Source: Cyanobacteria bacterium auto_48_18
GTDB taxonomy: Bacteria > Cyanobacteriota > Vampirovibrionia > Obscuribacterales > Obscuribacteraceae
Length of the DNA stretch: 22,620 nt
Reading direction: 5' to 3'
Assembly (NCBI GenBank): GCA_036170915.1
Contig: JAVHQC010000014.1
Coordinates: 1-22,620, forward strand
The notes below the pieces were generated by a model. It made no database searches and had not been told where the DNA came from. It saw only the letters and a list, made by a program, of their open reading frames with translations. Both the position numbers and the translations under genes were made by a program. Of this stretch, positions 1 through 9,069 are shown piece by piece. Numbering within the stretch: position 1 is the first letter of the stretch; each line of letters begins with the position of its first letter.

Positions 1-988
<988 letters not shown>

Positions 989-999
989 ACAAAATGACA

Positions 1000-1017
1000 A
1001 GACTTCTTCGGAAGTCT
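1000..1017 (+). other. 23S-5S spacer hairpin with cUUCGg tetraloop
   Basis: AGACTTC-TTCG-GAAGTCT, a perfect 7-bp stem with a UUCG tetraloop. Confidence 0.7.
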
Positions 1018-1079
1018 GGATAAAGCGTGAAGCTAATAAAGCTTGTGAAATACGAATAAAACCTCAATATGTAGTTTTC

Positions 1080-1110
1080 AGGGTATTGGAGTGCAAACTC
1101 CGATAACCCT
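1080..1110 (+). other. Spacer hairpin with GNRA loop just 5' of 5S (probable processing stem)
   Basis: AGGG-TATTGGAGT-GCAA-ACTCCGATA-A-CCCT. Confidence 0.6.
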
Positions 1111-1117
1111 AAAAGGT

Positions 1118-1234
1118 TCTTGGTGCCAGTGCGGCCGGAACACACCCGTTCCCATCCCGAACACGACGGTAAAGACGGTTAGCAGCGACAATACTTGGTG
1201 GGTAACTGCCTGGAAAGATAGCCCGGTGCCAGGA
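1118..1234 (+). rRNA. rrf: 5S rRNA
   Basis: About 117 nt. Helix I TCTTGGTG...TGCCAGGA, loop C CCCATCCCGAAC, located after 23S. Confidence 0.97.
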
Positions 1235-1237
1235 TTT

Positions 1238-1272
1238 ATAAAAGACCCACGTTAATAGCGTGGGTCTTTTAT
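1238..1272 (+). terminator. Intrinsic terminator T1 of the rrn operon (likely bidirectional)
   Basis: ATAAAAGACCCACG-ttaatag-CGTGGGTCTTTTAT, a 14-bp inverted repeat with A and T tracts. Confidence 0.9.
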
Positions 1273-1285
1273 TATTGAAATAGAG

Positions 1286-1324
1286 CAATAGAAAACCCGA
1301 GTTAACAGCTCGGGTTTTTTATTG
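1286..1324 (+). terminator. Intrinsic terminator T2 (likely bidirectional; can also end the convergent kinase gene)
   Basis: CAATAGAAAACCCGAG-ttaacag-CTCGGGTTTTTTATTG. Confidence 0.9.
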
Positions 1325-1395
1325 GCAATTTTCTGCGCTTGACTAGCTTTCCAGGCTGCCCACATTTCGTAGTGCGATTGTTTGTCAGTGACGCG

Positions 1396-3561
1396 TTAGT
1401 TATGCCGGTTGGTCTTATAGCTTTCGTAGACATAGCCTCTAACTAGTTTTTTGAAAATCTGCTTTTCTTCGTCAAGCCAGTCGCGATCGATAATCACATG
1501 TTTGAGATTGGGCATTTTTTTCAAACTTTCTGCCGCTGCTGGAGTGATGCTGTGGCATTGGAAAATGCGGAGGGTTTCAAGATTTTTGGCTTGAAGCAGA
1601 AGTTTCAGATCTTGGTCCTTAATTTCCACGCGCACAAGCGAAAGTTCTTTGATATTGGGATGATTGGCAATAACTTTAAGCAGTGGTTGAACGTTGGATA
1701 CTTCTTGAATGCCCAAAGAGCTAATGGTGTTAAGCAGTTTCATTTTGGCGATATCGGCGCCGGTGATTTCTTCGCCATGCATTGGTGGGCCTGTTTTCCA
1801 ACTACCGCTGAGACCAAGTGATTTCAAGCCAGTCAGCTGATCAATCAATGGCAACTGGTCTTTCAATATTAAAGAGCAGTCAAAACCTTCCACTCTTTCA
1901 ATGGAGTTATAAAAATACAGATGCTCAAGTTTGCGCCAGTGTTTGATGATGTTCACCACCTCTGGAACTTTAAAAGTGACTATCTCTAAACCTTCCAGAT
2001 CATCAGGGCCGAATTTTTCGCAAATCTCAGGATGGGGAGTTGCCACGCACTGCAAAAACAAATAAGCTTTTTCTTTGGCTGGAACTTCCATATTGCCAAT
2101 CACTTCTCGGTAAGAGCCGTCTCCCACGCGCAGATAGCCTAATTTGGATTTATTCTCAGGAAAGAGAAATTTGCGCATCGTTTCGCCATTAGCATTCACG
2201 GTTCGAAGGCAAAATGATTTATAGGTTTGCATATGATTTTTGAAGTTAATAGCAAGTGGATCTTCACTGCTGTTGATCATTTCTCTGTCGATTGTACTGA
2301 TTGTATGCGAGTCTTCGACCGGTTTTGACTGATTGAAAGTATAGAAAGCAAAACCACCAGTGGAAACGGCGAGAACGAGAATGCCTGCTAGTGTCAGATA
2401 CAGTGGTCCAGGCTCCATGGCAGGTCGCTTTATTCCAGCGGTTGTTTGTTCTTCTATTTGCTCTTCATCGTCATCAACCGGCTCGTGGTCGCCTTGAGAG
2501 TCTTTAGTTGCAAAAGGAGCTGCAGTGCTGTGGCCTTCTTTGTTGAAACCCACTGCCTTGCCCGCTTGAATGCGGGCAAAGTCATGACTCACCTGCTTCA
2601 TTGTTTGATAACGGCCACCAACGTTGCGCGTTAACATTTTGCCAATGGCAATTTCGATTGATTCTGGAAAGTGTCCATCAGGATAGACTTCATTTAGTGT
2701 GGGCATGTCCGCCGACTGATGCATCAAAATAGTTTCAATGGCATTGTCGCCAACTAAAGGTGGAATGCCGGTCAGTGCCTCAAATAGGGTGCAACCGAGT
2801 GAGTAGATGTCGCTGCGTTCGTCGACTGTTTTTCCTAGACTTTGTTCAGGACTCATATAGTAAGGAGTACCAAATACGGTGCCCGCAGCAGTTTGATTGA
2901 GTGATCCGAGACCTTGTTTGGACAGGCGAGCAATGCCGAAATCTACCAATTTGACCGAGTATTTGCCGCCTTCTTCGTTGACCATAATATTTGAAGGCTT
3001 AATGTCTCGATGTACGATACCCTGCTGGTGCGCGGCATCGAGAGCGCTGGCCAGCTGAGAGAAGATATCTAATGCTTCGCTAAGCGACAATCTTTTTTTT
3101 CTGCGAATTAGCTGGGAAAGCGACTCACCAGTCAGTAAATCCATAATGTAGTATGGGCAAGACTGATCGTCTATGCCCATGTTGTGAATACCGACTACTC
3201 CGGGATGATGCAATCGTGCTAGTGCTTTAGCTTCCGATTGAAAGCGGCTCCAACTTTCATTAGTTACCCGGTCTGTAGCCAGTAGTTTAAGTGCGTAGTC
3301 TTTACCAAGAATCAGGTGCCGACAATGGAAGACCACGCCCATGCTGCCGCTGCCCAGTAGGGCTAGCAATTTATAAGACTTATCGACTATATCGCCTGTG
3401 GAATAAATCTTGGCGCTGCCCGAACCTAAAGGTAGAGAAGCGGTTTGGGCATTTTGACTGACGGTGGTGGCATCATTGGCGAGCATGTGATAAGTGCTCC
3501 ACGTCTCGCTTCTGGAGCGCGGTTGCAGCTGATTATTTTGCTCATCGCCGGCTTTAACCAT
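1396..3561 (-). CDS. Hanks-type Ser/Thr protein kinase with one TM helix and a C-terminal leucine-rich-repeat region
   Basis: Kinase motifs LGSGSMGVV, YALK, HRDIKPSN, DFG, GTPYYMSPEQ and SDIYSLG. TM segment LYLTLAGILVLAVSTGGFAFYTF. LxxLxL repeats (LEHLYF, LKSLGL, IKELSL, LETLRI). GAGAAGG RBS before the ATG. Confidence 0.95.
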   Translation of the reverse strand: MVKAGDEQNNQLQPRSRSETWSTYHMLANDATTVSQNAQTASLPLGSGSAKIYSTGDIVDKSYKLLALLGSGSMGVVFHCRHLILGKDYALKLLATDRVTNESWSRFQSEAKALARLHHPGVVGIHNMGIDDQSCPYYIMDLLTGESLSQLIRRKKRLSLSEALDIFSQLASALDAAHQQGIVHRDIKPSNIMVNEEGGKYSVKLVDFGIARLSKQGLGSLNQTAAGTVFGTPYYMSPEQSLGKTVDERSDIYSLGCTLFEALTGIPPLVGDNAIETILMHQSADMPTLNEVYPDGHFPESIEIAIGKMLTRNVGGRYQTMKQVSHDFARIQAGKAVGFNKEGHSTAAPFATKDSQGDHEPVDDDEEQIEEQTTAGIKRPAMEPGPLYLTLAGILVLAVSTGGFAFYTFNQSKPVEDSHTISTIDREMINSSEDPLAINFKNHMQTYKSFCLRTVNANGETMRKFLFPENKSKLGYLRVGDGSYREVIGNMEVPAKEKAYLFLQCVATPHPEICEKFGPDDLEGLEIVTFKVPEVVNIIKHWRKLEHLYFYNSIERVEGFDCSLILKDQLPLIDQLTGLKSLGLSGSWKTGPPMHGEEITGADIAKMKLLNTISSLGIQEVSNVQPLLKVIANHPNIKELSLVRVEIKDQDLKLLLQAKNLETLRIFQCHSITPAAAESLKKMPNLKHVIIDRDWLDEEKQIFKKLVRGYVYESYKTNRHN

Positions 3562-3622
3562 GCCCTTCTCATTTTATCTCTATTATGATATTCCCCAGAT
3601 GGCAAGTTTTATATTTTCACCC

Positions 3623-4618
3623 TTATGGCGCCTGTTCTTTGCGGAATCGCTTGAGAAATTTCCATGCTTCTTCTGTGGCGTTGATGGGCGAGTCTTCCGC
3701 TCCTTTTCCGCCATACCAGAGGTGCTTCTGGTTGTTTAGATACATGGTTTTTACTTCCGCACCAGTGGCGGGATTCTTCCAGACGTAGTCGATCACTTCG
3801 CTACCGTCAGTGCCGATGCGGGTAGTAATATTTGGAACATCTGAAATGCCGTTGGCTTTGCGATAAAAATCTTGAGTGTATGCCTCAGGTTTCATGGTGA
3901 CGTTGTACCACTGATTGCCGTCGGCCGGTGAAACCGTATCGGTCAGCGATTGAATTGACATAACCGGAAATGGGCTGTCGGGCTGCTTTTCTTTGCCGGT
4001 CATCCAGCCGCCGTTTTCTACCACAGCAGCCACGCGACTTGAAAGTTTATTGGCGACATTGTGGCTGAAGCTGCCACCTTGCGAATAGCCGATGATATAG
4101 ACTCGTTCTTTGTCGACATTAAGATTTTGACCGATAGTATCCATCATGCCGCGAGTAAAGGCTAGATCGTCACGCTTAGAAAAGAACCATTGGCCGTTAT
4201 TCCATGAGTATGATCGGTTCGGATTAGCATCAGGATAAAGGGCGATAAAAATTTCTCTGTCTGCCAGTTTACTTAAGCCACTCACTTCTTCCATGCCTTC
4301 AGCGCCTTTTTCAGTATCACCCTGGCCGCGGTTTCTGCCGTAACCATGAAACATCAGCACCATAGGCAGTGGCTTCGTGCCATCGTAGCCGGCGGGTACA
4401 CGCAGTCGATAATTAGCCTTTTCGCCGTCAGGAAGAGTAATGCTTTCGAGAGTGCTTTCACCCGGACGAATGGGGCCTATTTGATCTCTTTGCTGCAATT
4501 TGCGCTCTGGGGGCGAACAGAGCTCGTTGCGAGCCTGCGATAGTGAATCTTCTTCACTTGTTAAAGGCTTGCAATCAACACGGTCGCCATAAGGCGCCGA
4601 TATGTCGGCTTTATTCAT
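3623..4618 (-). CDS. Alpha/beta hydrolase, PHB depolymerase/LpqC-like esterase
   Basis: PLPMVLMFHG, ALYPD, SWN, DD-like RDDLAF, nucleophile elbow GYSQGG, candidate Asp (DTVSP) and His (HLWYGG). Confidence 0.88.
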   Translation of the reverse strand: MNKADISAPYGDRVDCKPLTSEEDSLSQARNELCSPPERKLQQRDQIGPIRPGESTLESITLPDGEKANYRLRVPAGYDGTKPLPMVLMFHGYGRNRGQGDTEKGAEGMEEVSGLSKLADREIFIALYPDANPNRSYSWNNGQWFFSKRDDLAFTRGMMDTIGQNLNVDKERVYIIGYSQGGSFSHNVANKLSSRVAAVVENGGWMTGKEKQPDSPFPVMSIQSLTDTVSPADGNQWYNVTMKPEAYTQDFYRKANGISDVPNITTRIGTDGSEVIDYVWKNPATGAEVKTMYLNNQKHLWYGGKGAEDSPINATEEAWKFLKRFRKEQAP

Positions 4619-4872
4619 AGAAAATTAGACCCGCAAGAATCTGGCGAAAATAGTAAGTGCAATTACTTTACTTACTAGCTGTGACATTTTGTGGGCACGC
4701 TGCCGTTGAAATCCTTTTATATGCAAGATTTCGCCGGTTTTTTCTGCGACCCTAAAATGCCAATAAGTGCATTGTAATCTGCAAACAAGCTCAAAAACAC
4801 CCTCAAGCCAAAGCGGTCAGTCAACGTTTGATCGCAGGCCCGGAGCAATGATTATCACTTGGAGGAATCTCA

Positions 4873-5973
4873 ATGACGAACGATAGACCTACCCCACCAG
4901 AAACGAGACCCACACATCCGGGCTTGACCTACAATGACATCGATATGTCCAATCGTTCACGCAACGATAACCACAATGCCAATCGCAATGATAATCACAA
5001 CGCCAATCTCAATGCTAATCGCAACGATAATCACAACGCCAATCTCAATGCTAATCGCAACGATAATCACAATGCTAATCGCAACGATAACGTCAATAAC
5101 AACAATGTTCGCAATAACAATGATGTGCGAAACAACAATGACGTCAGAAATAATAATGACGTGAGAACAAATGCTAATTCCAACTCGCGTTCTGACGCAA
5201 ACTCAAATTCCAATTCGCGTTCTGATGCCAACTCTAACTCTAACTCGCGCTCTGATGCCCAAGGCGGAGCTGGCGGACGCGGAGGCAACTCGCAAATTAG
5301 CGACAATAGCCGCACCACCTACTATGGTGGCAGCGCTACCGCGCCAAACGTTTACGCTTCAGGATTCTGCTCGGAAGGTGGCAGTGCCGGCGTGTATGTA
5401 CTCGGCATTGGTGTCAGTGGTGGCAAATCGACAATTAACGAATCATGTCTCAAAATGCGCGATTTTCAAGAAACCATGACCTCGGTATGTAAATCAAGCG
5501 ATGAGCATGCTCAAGTAGCACTTCAAAGTTTTCAGCTCGAATTAGAGGCCGGCAAGCAAGTTGATTCCAACCCTGCCGCTGCTAGTGTGGGTCGCCGTGT
5601 CAGTCGTATTTCAGATGCGAAGGCATTGAGTTCAATGCAGCTCGATAATGTTTGCACCACTTTAGCCACCGGCTCGACTGCCAATGTAGAAACTTTAAAG
5701 GCTGCCGGTTTGGATCGACCACTGATCATCCTGGAACCAGTGGGCAACCTGCGCGATCAGCGCATACTCGACGAGGCTCTCGCAACCAAGGTTGAGCAGA
5801 TTGATAAGGAAGTTCAGACCCTCAAGCAACGTCCAATTATCGTTGAGAATAAAGTTGACGTCAGTGTCGGAATTGTGGAAGTTGCGGCACCAAAACCGGT
5901 GCACAGACCCCATACGCCAAAGCCTCAACCGAAACCAGCCGATGATTGCCCTCCTGAGAAAGCGAAAAAGTAG
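4873..5973 (+). CDS. Hypothetical protein: Asn-rich tandem repeats, Gly linker, Cys-pair domain, Pro/Lys tail
   Basis: 366-aa ORF with a strong GGAGG RBS at 4861. Repeat units vary mostly at synonymous positions in this frame. Confidence 0.85.
   Translation: MTNDRPTPPETRPTHPGLTYNDIDMSNRSRNDNHNANRNDNHNANLNANRNDNHNANLNANRNDNHNANRNDNVNNNNVRNNNDVRNNNDVRNNNDVRTNANSNSRSDANSNSNSRSDANSNSNSRSDAQGGAGGRGGNSQISDNSRTTYYGGSATAPNVYASGFCSEGGSAGVYVLGIGVSGGKSTINESCLKMRDFQETMTSVCKSSDEHAQVALQSFQLELEAGKQVDSNPAAASVGRRVSRISDAKALSSMQLDNVCTTLATGSTANVETLKAAGLDRPLIILEPVGNLRDQRILDEALATKVEQIDKEVQTLKQRPIIVENKVDVSVGIVEVAAPKPVHRPHTPKPQPKPADDCPPEKAKK
4960..5259 (+). repeat. Three successive coding tandem-repeat blocks (24/36-bp NRNDNHNA[NLNA], 18-bp NNNDVR, 30-bp NSNSNSRSDA)
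   Basis: The 36-mers 4981-5016 and 5017-5052 differ at 1 nt. The 18-mers span 5113-5166 and the three 30-mers span 5170-5259. Confidence 0.95.
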
Positions 5974-5981
5974 GCTTAAAT

Positions 5982-6854
5982 ATGGAAACCTACGACTCAT
6001 TTGGAACCAGAGTGGAGCAACTGCAAGAGCGCCCGCCGCTTAAGGTTGACTCTAAAGAACCAGACGCGCGCACGGCGATGTCACTTGAAGCTTCGGCCTG
6101 GCAAGAGCGCGTTAACCCGACTGCTCGTGAATATCGAAACAGTTGGGTTCGCGACTTGCTCGAAGATGGCAACTACAAAGTGGAGCGGGGTGATTCACTC
6201 TGGATAGTTGCGAGAAGAACATTGGGTGTAACAGGACACGCCGACGCTACTGGCAAAGAAATTGCTAGAGAAGTCAGGCGTATAGCTGAACTCAATGATA
6301 TTAAACTCGACAGCAAAGGCCGTCCGATTCGCCCACTTACGGTTGGTACCACCCTCGAAATTGGTTGCAGATCTGAGAGATTTGCTTCCGCTGGGAAGCC
6401 AGGGGTAACTCGCGACAACTCCTCAGAGAATAGCGATTTCAGTCCACCTCGGTCTATTCTTAGTGAACGTGCTTGCGATATTGAGCGCCCTAGAGTGCAG
6501 GTTTCGCGAGGTGTGGCCAAAGCCGGCATGTGCGACAAAATGGACGTATCTGATACGGCTTTTGTTACCGTCAGGCCAGGGGCTGATGTGCTGCTTCGCA
6601 GTGGCGCGCGCGCCTTCGTATTTGGTGGCAAAGTTGTTGGCGAAGCCAACAGCCGCATCTTTGCTGCAGGTGGTGAAATTGAAGCCCATCCGGGTGCCAG
6701 TGTTAAATTCATTGGTAATGATGCAAAGGTTATGCATCTTGATGTTGTGCGAAATGTTTCAGCCACTCAGGCGACTGATGCTGAATCGAAACAAGCCCAG
6801 CTACAACCATCATCTACCTCGGAACTGACCGAGGAAGAAATTCGAGGATTGTAG
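5982..6854 (+). CDS. LysM-like domain protein with C-terminal beta-helix-like repeats
   Basis: YKVERGDSLWIVARR...IAELNDI...LTVGTTLEI is an extended LysM. The C-terminus has V/A-x-PG/SG-A-x-V repeats. It starts 8 nt after the previous stop. Confidence 0.8.
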   Translation: METYDSFGTRVEQLQERPPLKVDSKEPDARTAMSLEASAWQERVNPTAREYRNSWVRDLLEDGNYKVERGDSLWIVARRTLGVTGHADATGKEIAREVRRIAELNDIKLDSKGRPIRPLTVGTTLEIGCRSERFASAGKPGVTRDNSSENSDFSPPRSILSERACDIERPRVQVSRGVAKAGMCDKMDVSDTAFVTVRPGADVLLRSGARAFVFGGKVVGEANSRIFAAGGEIEAHPGASVKFIGNDAKVMHLDVVRNVSATQATDAESKQAQLQPSSTSELTEEEIRGL

Positions 6855-6889
6855 TCGTCTCGGCCTTAGGCCGAGGGCTATGATAAAAT

Positions 6890-7900
6890 TTGCCCGTATC
6901 CTCGGGTTATTGGCCTTTGAATAAAGTTAAAGCTTCAATTGTTATTGTCAATTGGAAGACACCCAAATTGCTGGCGGCAGCCCTACGGTCGCTGTTGGCA
7001 GATGCGGCCGCTGACAATTTTGAAATCTGGGTAGTCGATAATGACTCGGGCGACGGCTCAGTTGAGATGCTCAAGCGCGATTTTCCATCTGTCATCACCA
7101 TTGCCAACACCGAGAATGTGGGCTTTGGCCGGGCTTGCAATCAGGTTATTCCACAATGTACAGGCGACTATGTCATTCTTGTTAATCCAGACACTGTAGC
7201 TGGACCAAATGCCGTGGGCACCATGGTGGCGTTCATGGACGCCAATCCACAATGCGGTGCAGTGGGTCCGAAAGTGTTGAATCCTGACGGTACTCTGCAA
7301 TTATCTTGCCGCCGCTCTTTCCCTGACCTCTGGGCTTCTTTTTTCAGACTTTCTTACTTGAGTTTTCTTTTTCCTAAGCATCCGCTGGTAGCGCGCTATA
7401 ACGTAACTTACGCTGATCCTGATGAAGAAATTGAAGTCGACGCACTATCTGGTGCATTTATGCTGGTGCGGAAAAGTGTGATCGATAAAATCGGTTTGCT
7501 CGACGAAGACATTTTTATGTTTGGTGAAGATATTGATTGGTGCTGGCGCGTTAAACAAGCTGGCTGGCAGGTGAGATATTTGCCGAGTGCGGTTGTGCAT
7601 CATTATCATGGCGCTTCCAGCCGCTTTCGTCGCATTGGCTCAACTATCAATTTGCACAAAGGCATGGAAGTTTTTTATCGCAAACACATGGCGAAGAATT
7701 ACTGGCCTGTTTTTAATTTGCTTGTTTATGCCGCCATCTGGTGCCGTGCTGGTGTGTTTATTGTGCTGTCGTATTTGCAGCGATTCTTTCCTGAGAAGAA
7801 GCAGGCGGGCGTATTCGAAGACATGGACGAGAATCCGGCCCACGCCGTTAGCAGCAGTGCTGCCACCGTATCTGGCGGCGGACAAAACAATCAAAGTTAG
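6890..7900 (+). CDS. Family 2 glycosyltransferase (WbbL-like); true start may be TTG at 6917
   Basis: SIVIVNW, VVDNDSGDGS, NVGFGRACN, LVNPD, SGAFMLVR, LDEDIFMFGEDIDWC, HYHGAS. Confidence 0.93.
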   Translation: MPVSSGYWPLNKVKASIVIVNWKTPKLLAAALRSLLADAAADNFEIWVVDNDSGDGSVEMLKRDFPSVITIANTENVGFGRACNQVIPQCTGDYVILVNPDTVAGPNAVGTMVAFMDANPQCGAVGPKVLNPDGTLQLSCRRSFPDLWASFFRLSYLSFLFPKHPLVARYNVTYADPDEEIEVDALSGAFMLVRKSVIDKIGLLDEDIFMFGEDIDWCWRVKQAGWQVRYLPSAVVHHYHGASSRFRRIGSTINLHKGMEVFYRKHMAKNYWPVFNLLVYAAIWCRAGVFIVLSYLQRFFPEKKQAGVFEDMDENPAHAVSSSAATVSGGGQNNQS

Positions 7901-7908
7901 GCTCTCTA

Positions 7909-9045
7909 CTATTTTTTAGCCAGCTGTGCAATTCTTGCTTCTATCCATGCACGACAACGGGGAAAGGCGCGATTGAGTTCTTTTTCTACTGTCACGTCAC
8001 CCATTATGGAAGCGGCCAGGGCAGAGAAAACTTCCTTAGCGCACGTCTCTTCATCAAGTAGATAATCGCGCAACTTTGCTCTCCGGTCTGGATCAACCGC
8101 AGCTGCATCCTGTCGATAAATACGTCTAAATTTCTCTTCAGTAGATGGCATTTCAAGACACGTATCAAGAGCGTGTCCCAACAAGTTGTAAGTATTCGCC
8201 CTGAGCACAGCTTGGCTGAATGGCTCTCTTAGTTCAGTGCTGCCGCCTTCAACGGCAATTCGTTCATAGATATAAACATCAACTCCATAAGTGCGACCTG
8301 TTTCTTGCGAGAGGTAGTGACCCAAAACTGCATGTTTTTCACTGACCGCGTTTGGAAATTTATCAATCAGATTTGGCTCAACAAATATTTGAGTGCCGCG
8401 CTCATTCAAAATCTGATAAATAGTTGGTGGCAATTGAGCCACTACGCCGCGCACAACCGCCACTGTCGACGGCGCTACCGGCTTGTGATTGAAGCGAGGT
8501 GGAATTATGGTAATGCGCTGTTTCAATTCCAATGTTGTCGATGCCGGGGGTGTTGGCGTTATTGGTTGTGAACCTGCTGTTGGCACACCCGTTGGATGTA
8601 CGCCAGTTGATTGCACACCAGTTGATTGCACACCAGTTGAGTGCACGCCGGTTGAATGCACACCAGTTGTTTGCACACCTGCTTGTGCGCTAGCTGTAGT
8701 GATTGGTCTTTGCTTTTCCAGCAGTGAGAGAAATACTCGAGCAGAGGCTGCTTCAATGCTGGCCGGAAAATGCTGAATCAGCATTCTGTAAGTGCGTATT
8801 GCTGTAGCGCTGTCGTTTTGCCTTTCGTAGCTTTGACCAAGCAAAAGCCATGTAATGGGCGAATGGCCATCTTTATACAATGCAGCTCTCAACAGCTCAG
8901 AGGCGCCCTTAAAGTCGCCACGCTGTATCTGCGCTCTGGCAGTATTAAGTACGGCTGTCTGGTCTGCAGCAATAGCTGGTAGACTCACTGCCGCCGTGAA
9001 AAAAAGTGATAAAACCGAATTTCGGCAAAGTGATAGGATTGTCAA
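7909..9045 (-). CDS. Exported TPR protein with repeat linker and C-terminal anthrax-lethal-factor-like (ATLF) zincin-fold domain lacking HExxH
   Basis: The ORF track starts at 9171, but that overlaps the divergent gene. TTG at 9045 gives a signal-like SVLSLFFTAAVSLPAIA-A. TPR (WLLLGQSYERQ...AIRTYR), LPPTIYQILNERG, NLLGHALD, F..IY..D and EVFS match the ATLF-like pattern. Start uncertain. Confidence 0.75.
   Translation of the reverse strand: MTILSLCRNSVLSLFFTAAVSLPAIAADQTAVLNTARAQIQRGDFKGASELLRAALYKDGHSPITWLLLGQSYERQNDSATAIRTYRMLIQHFPASIEAASARVFLSLLEKQRPITTASAQAGVQTTGVHSTGVHSTGVQSTGVQSTGVHPTGVPTAGSQPITPTPPASTTLELKQRITIIPPRFNHKPVAPSTVAVVRGVVAQLPPTIYQILNERGTQIFVEPNLIDKFPNAVSEKHAVLGHYLSQETGRTYGVDVYIYERIAVEGGSTELREPFSQAVLRANTYNLLGHALDTCLEMPSTEEKFRRIYRQDAAAVDPDRRAKLRDYLLDEETCAKEVFSALAASIMGDVTVEKELNRAFPRCRAWIEARIAQLAKK
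8584..8688 (-). repeat. 15-bp tandem repeat (about 7 copies) encoding a TGV(H/Q)S linker
   Basis: Plus-strand unit CACACCAGTTGATTG, with variants starting at 8584, 8599, 8614, 8629, 8644, 8659 and 8674. Confidence 0.93.
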
Positions 9046-9069
9046 TTTGGTTGTTTTGCGGCTGATGCA

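Noticed and set aside
4960..5259. Repeats of 24-36 bp as a possible CRISPR array
   Set aside because: The units are contiguous with no unique spacers, in-frame with synonymous variation, and no cas genes are present.
4934..5318. Alternative-frame repeat ORFs (ATIITTP..., ASERELELEL...)
   Set aside because: They are shadows of the repeat. The RBS and third-position variation favour the Asn frame.
6859..6875. Hairpin CTCGGCC-TTA-GGCCGAG after the LysM gene as a terminator
   Set aside because: The inverted repeat is real but has no U-tract, so no function can be assigned.
8489..8776. Antisense ORF with (CTPVD/E)n resembling a Cys-rich RiPP or metallothionein
   Set aside because: It is the reverse complement of the TGVxS linker, fully within a longer gene, with no RBS and no modifying enzymes nearby.
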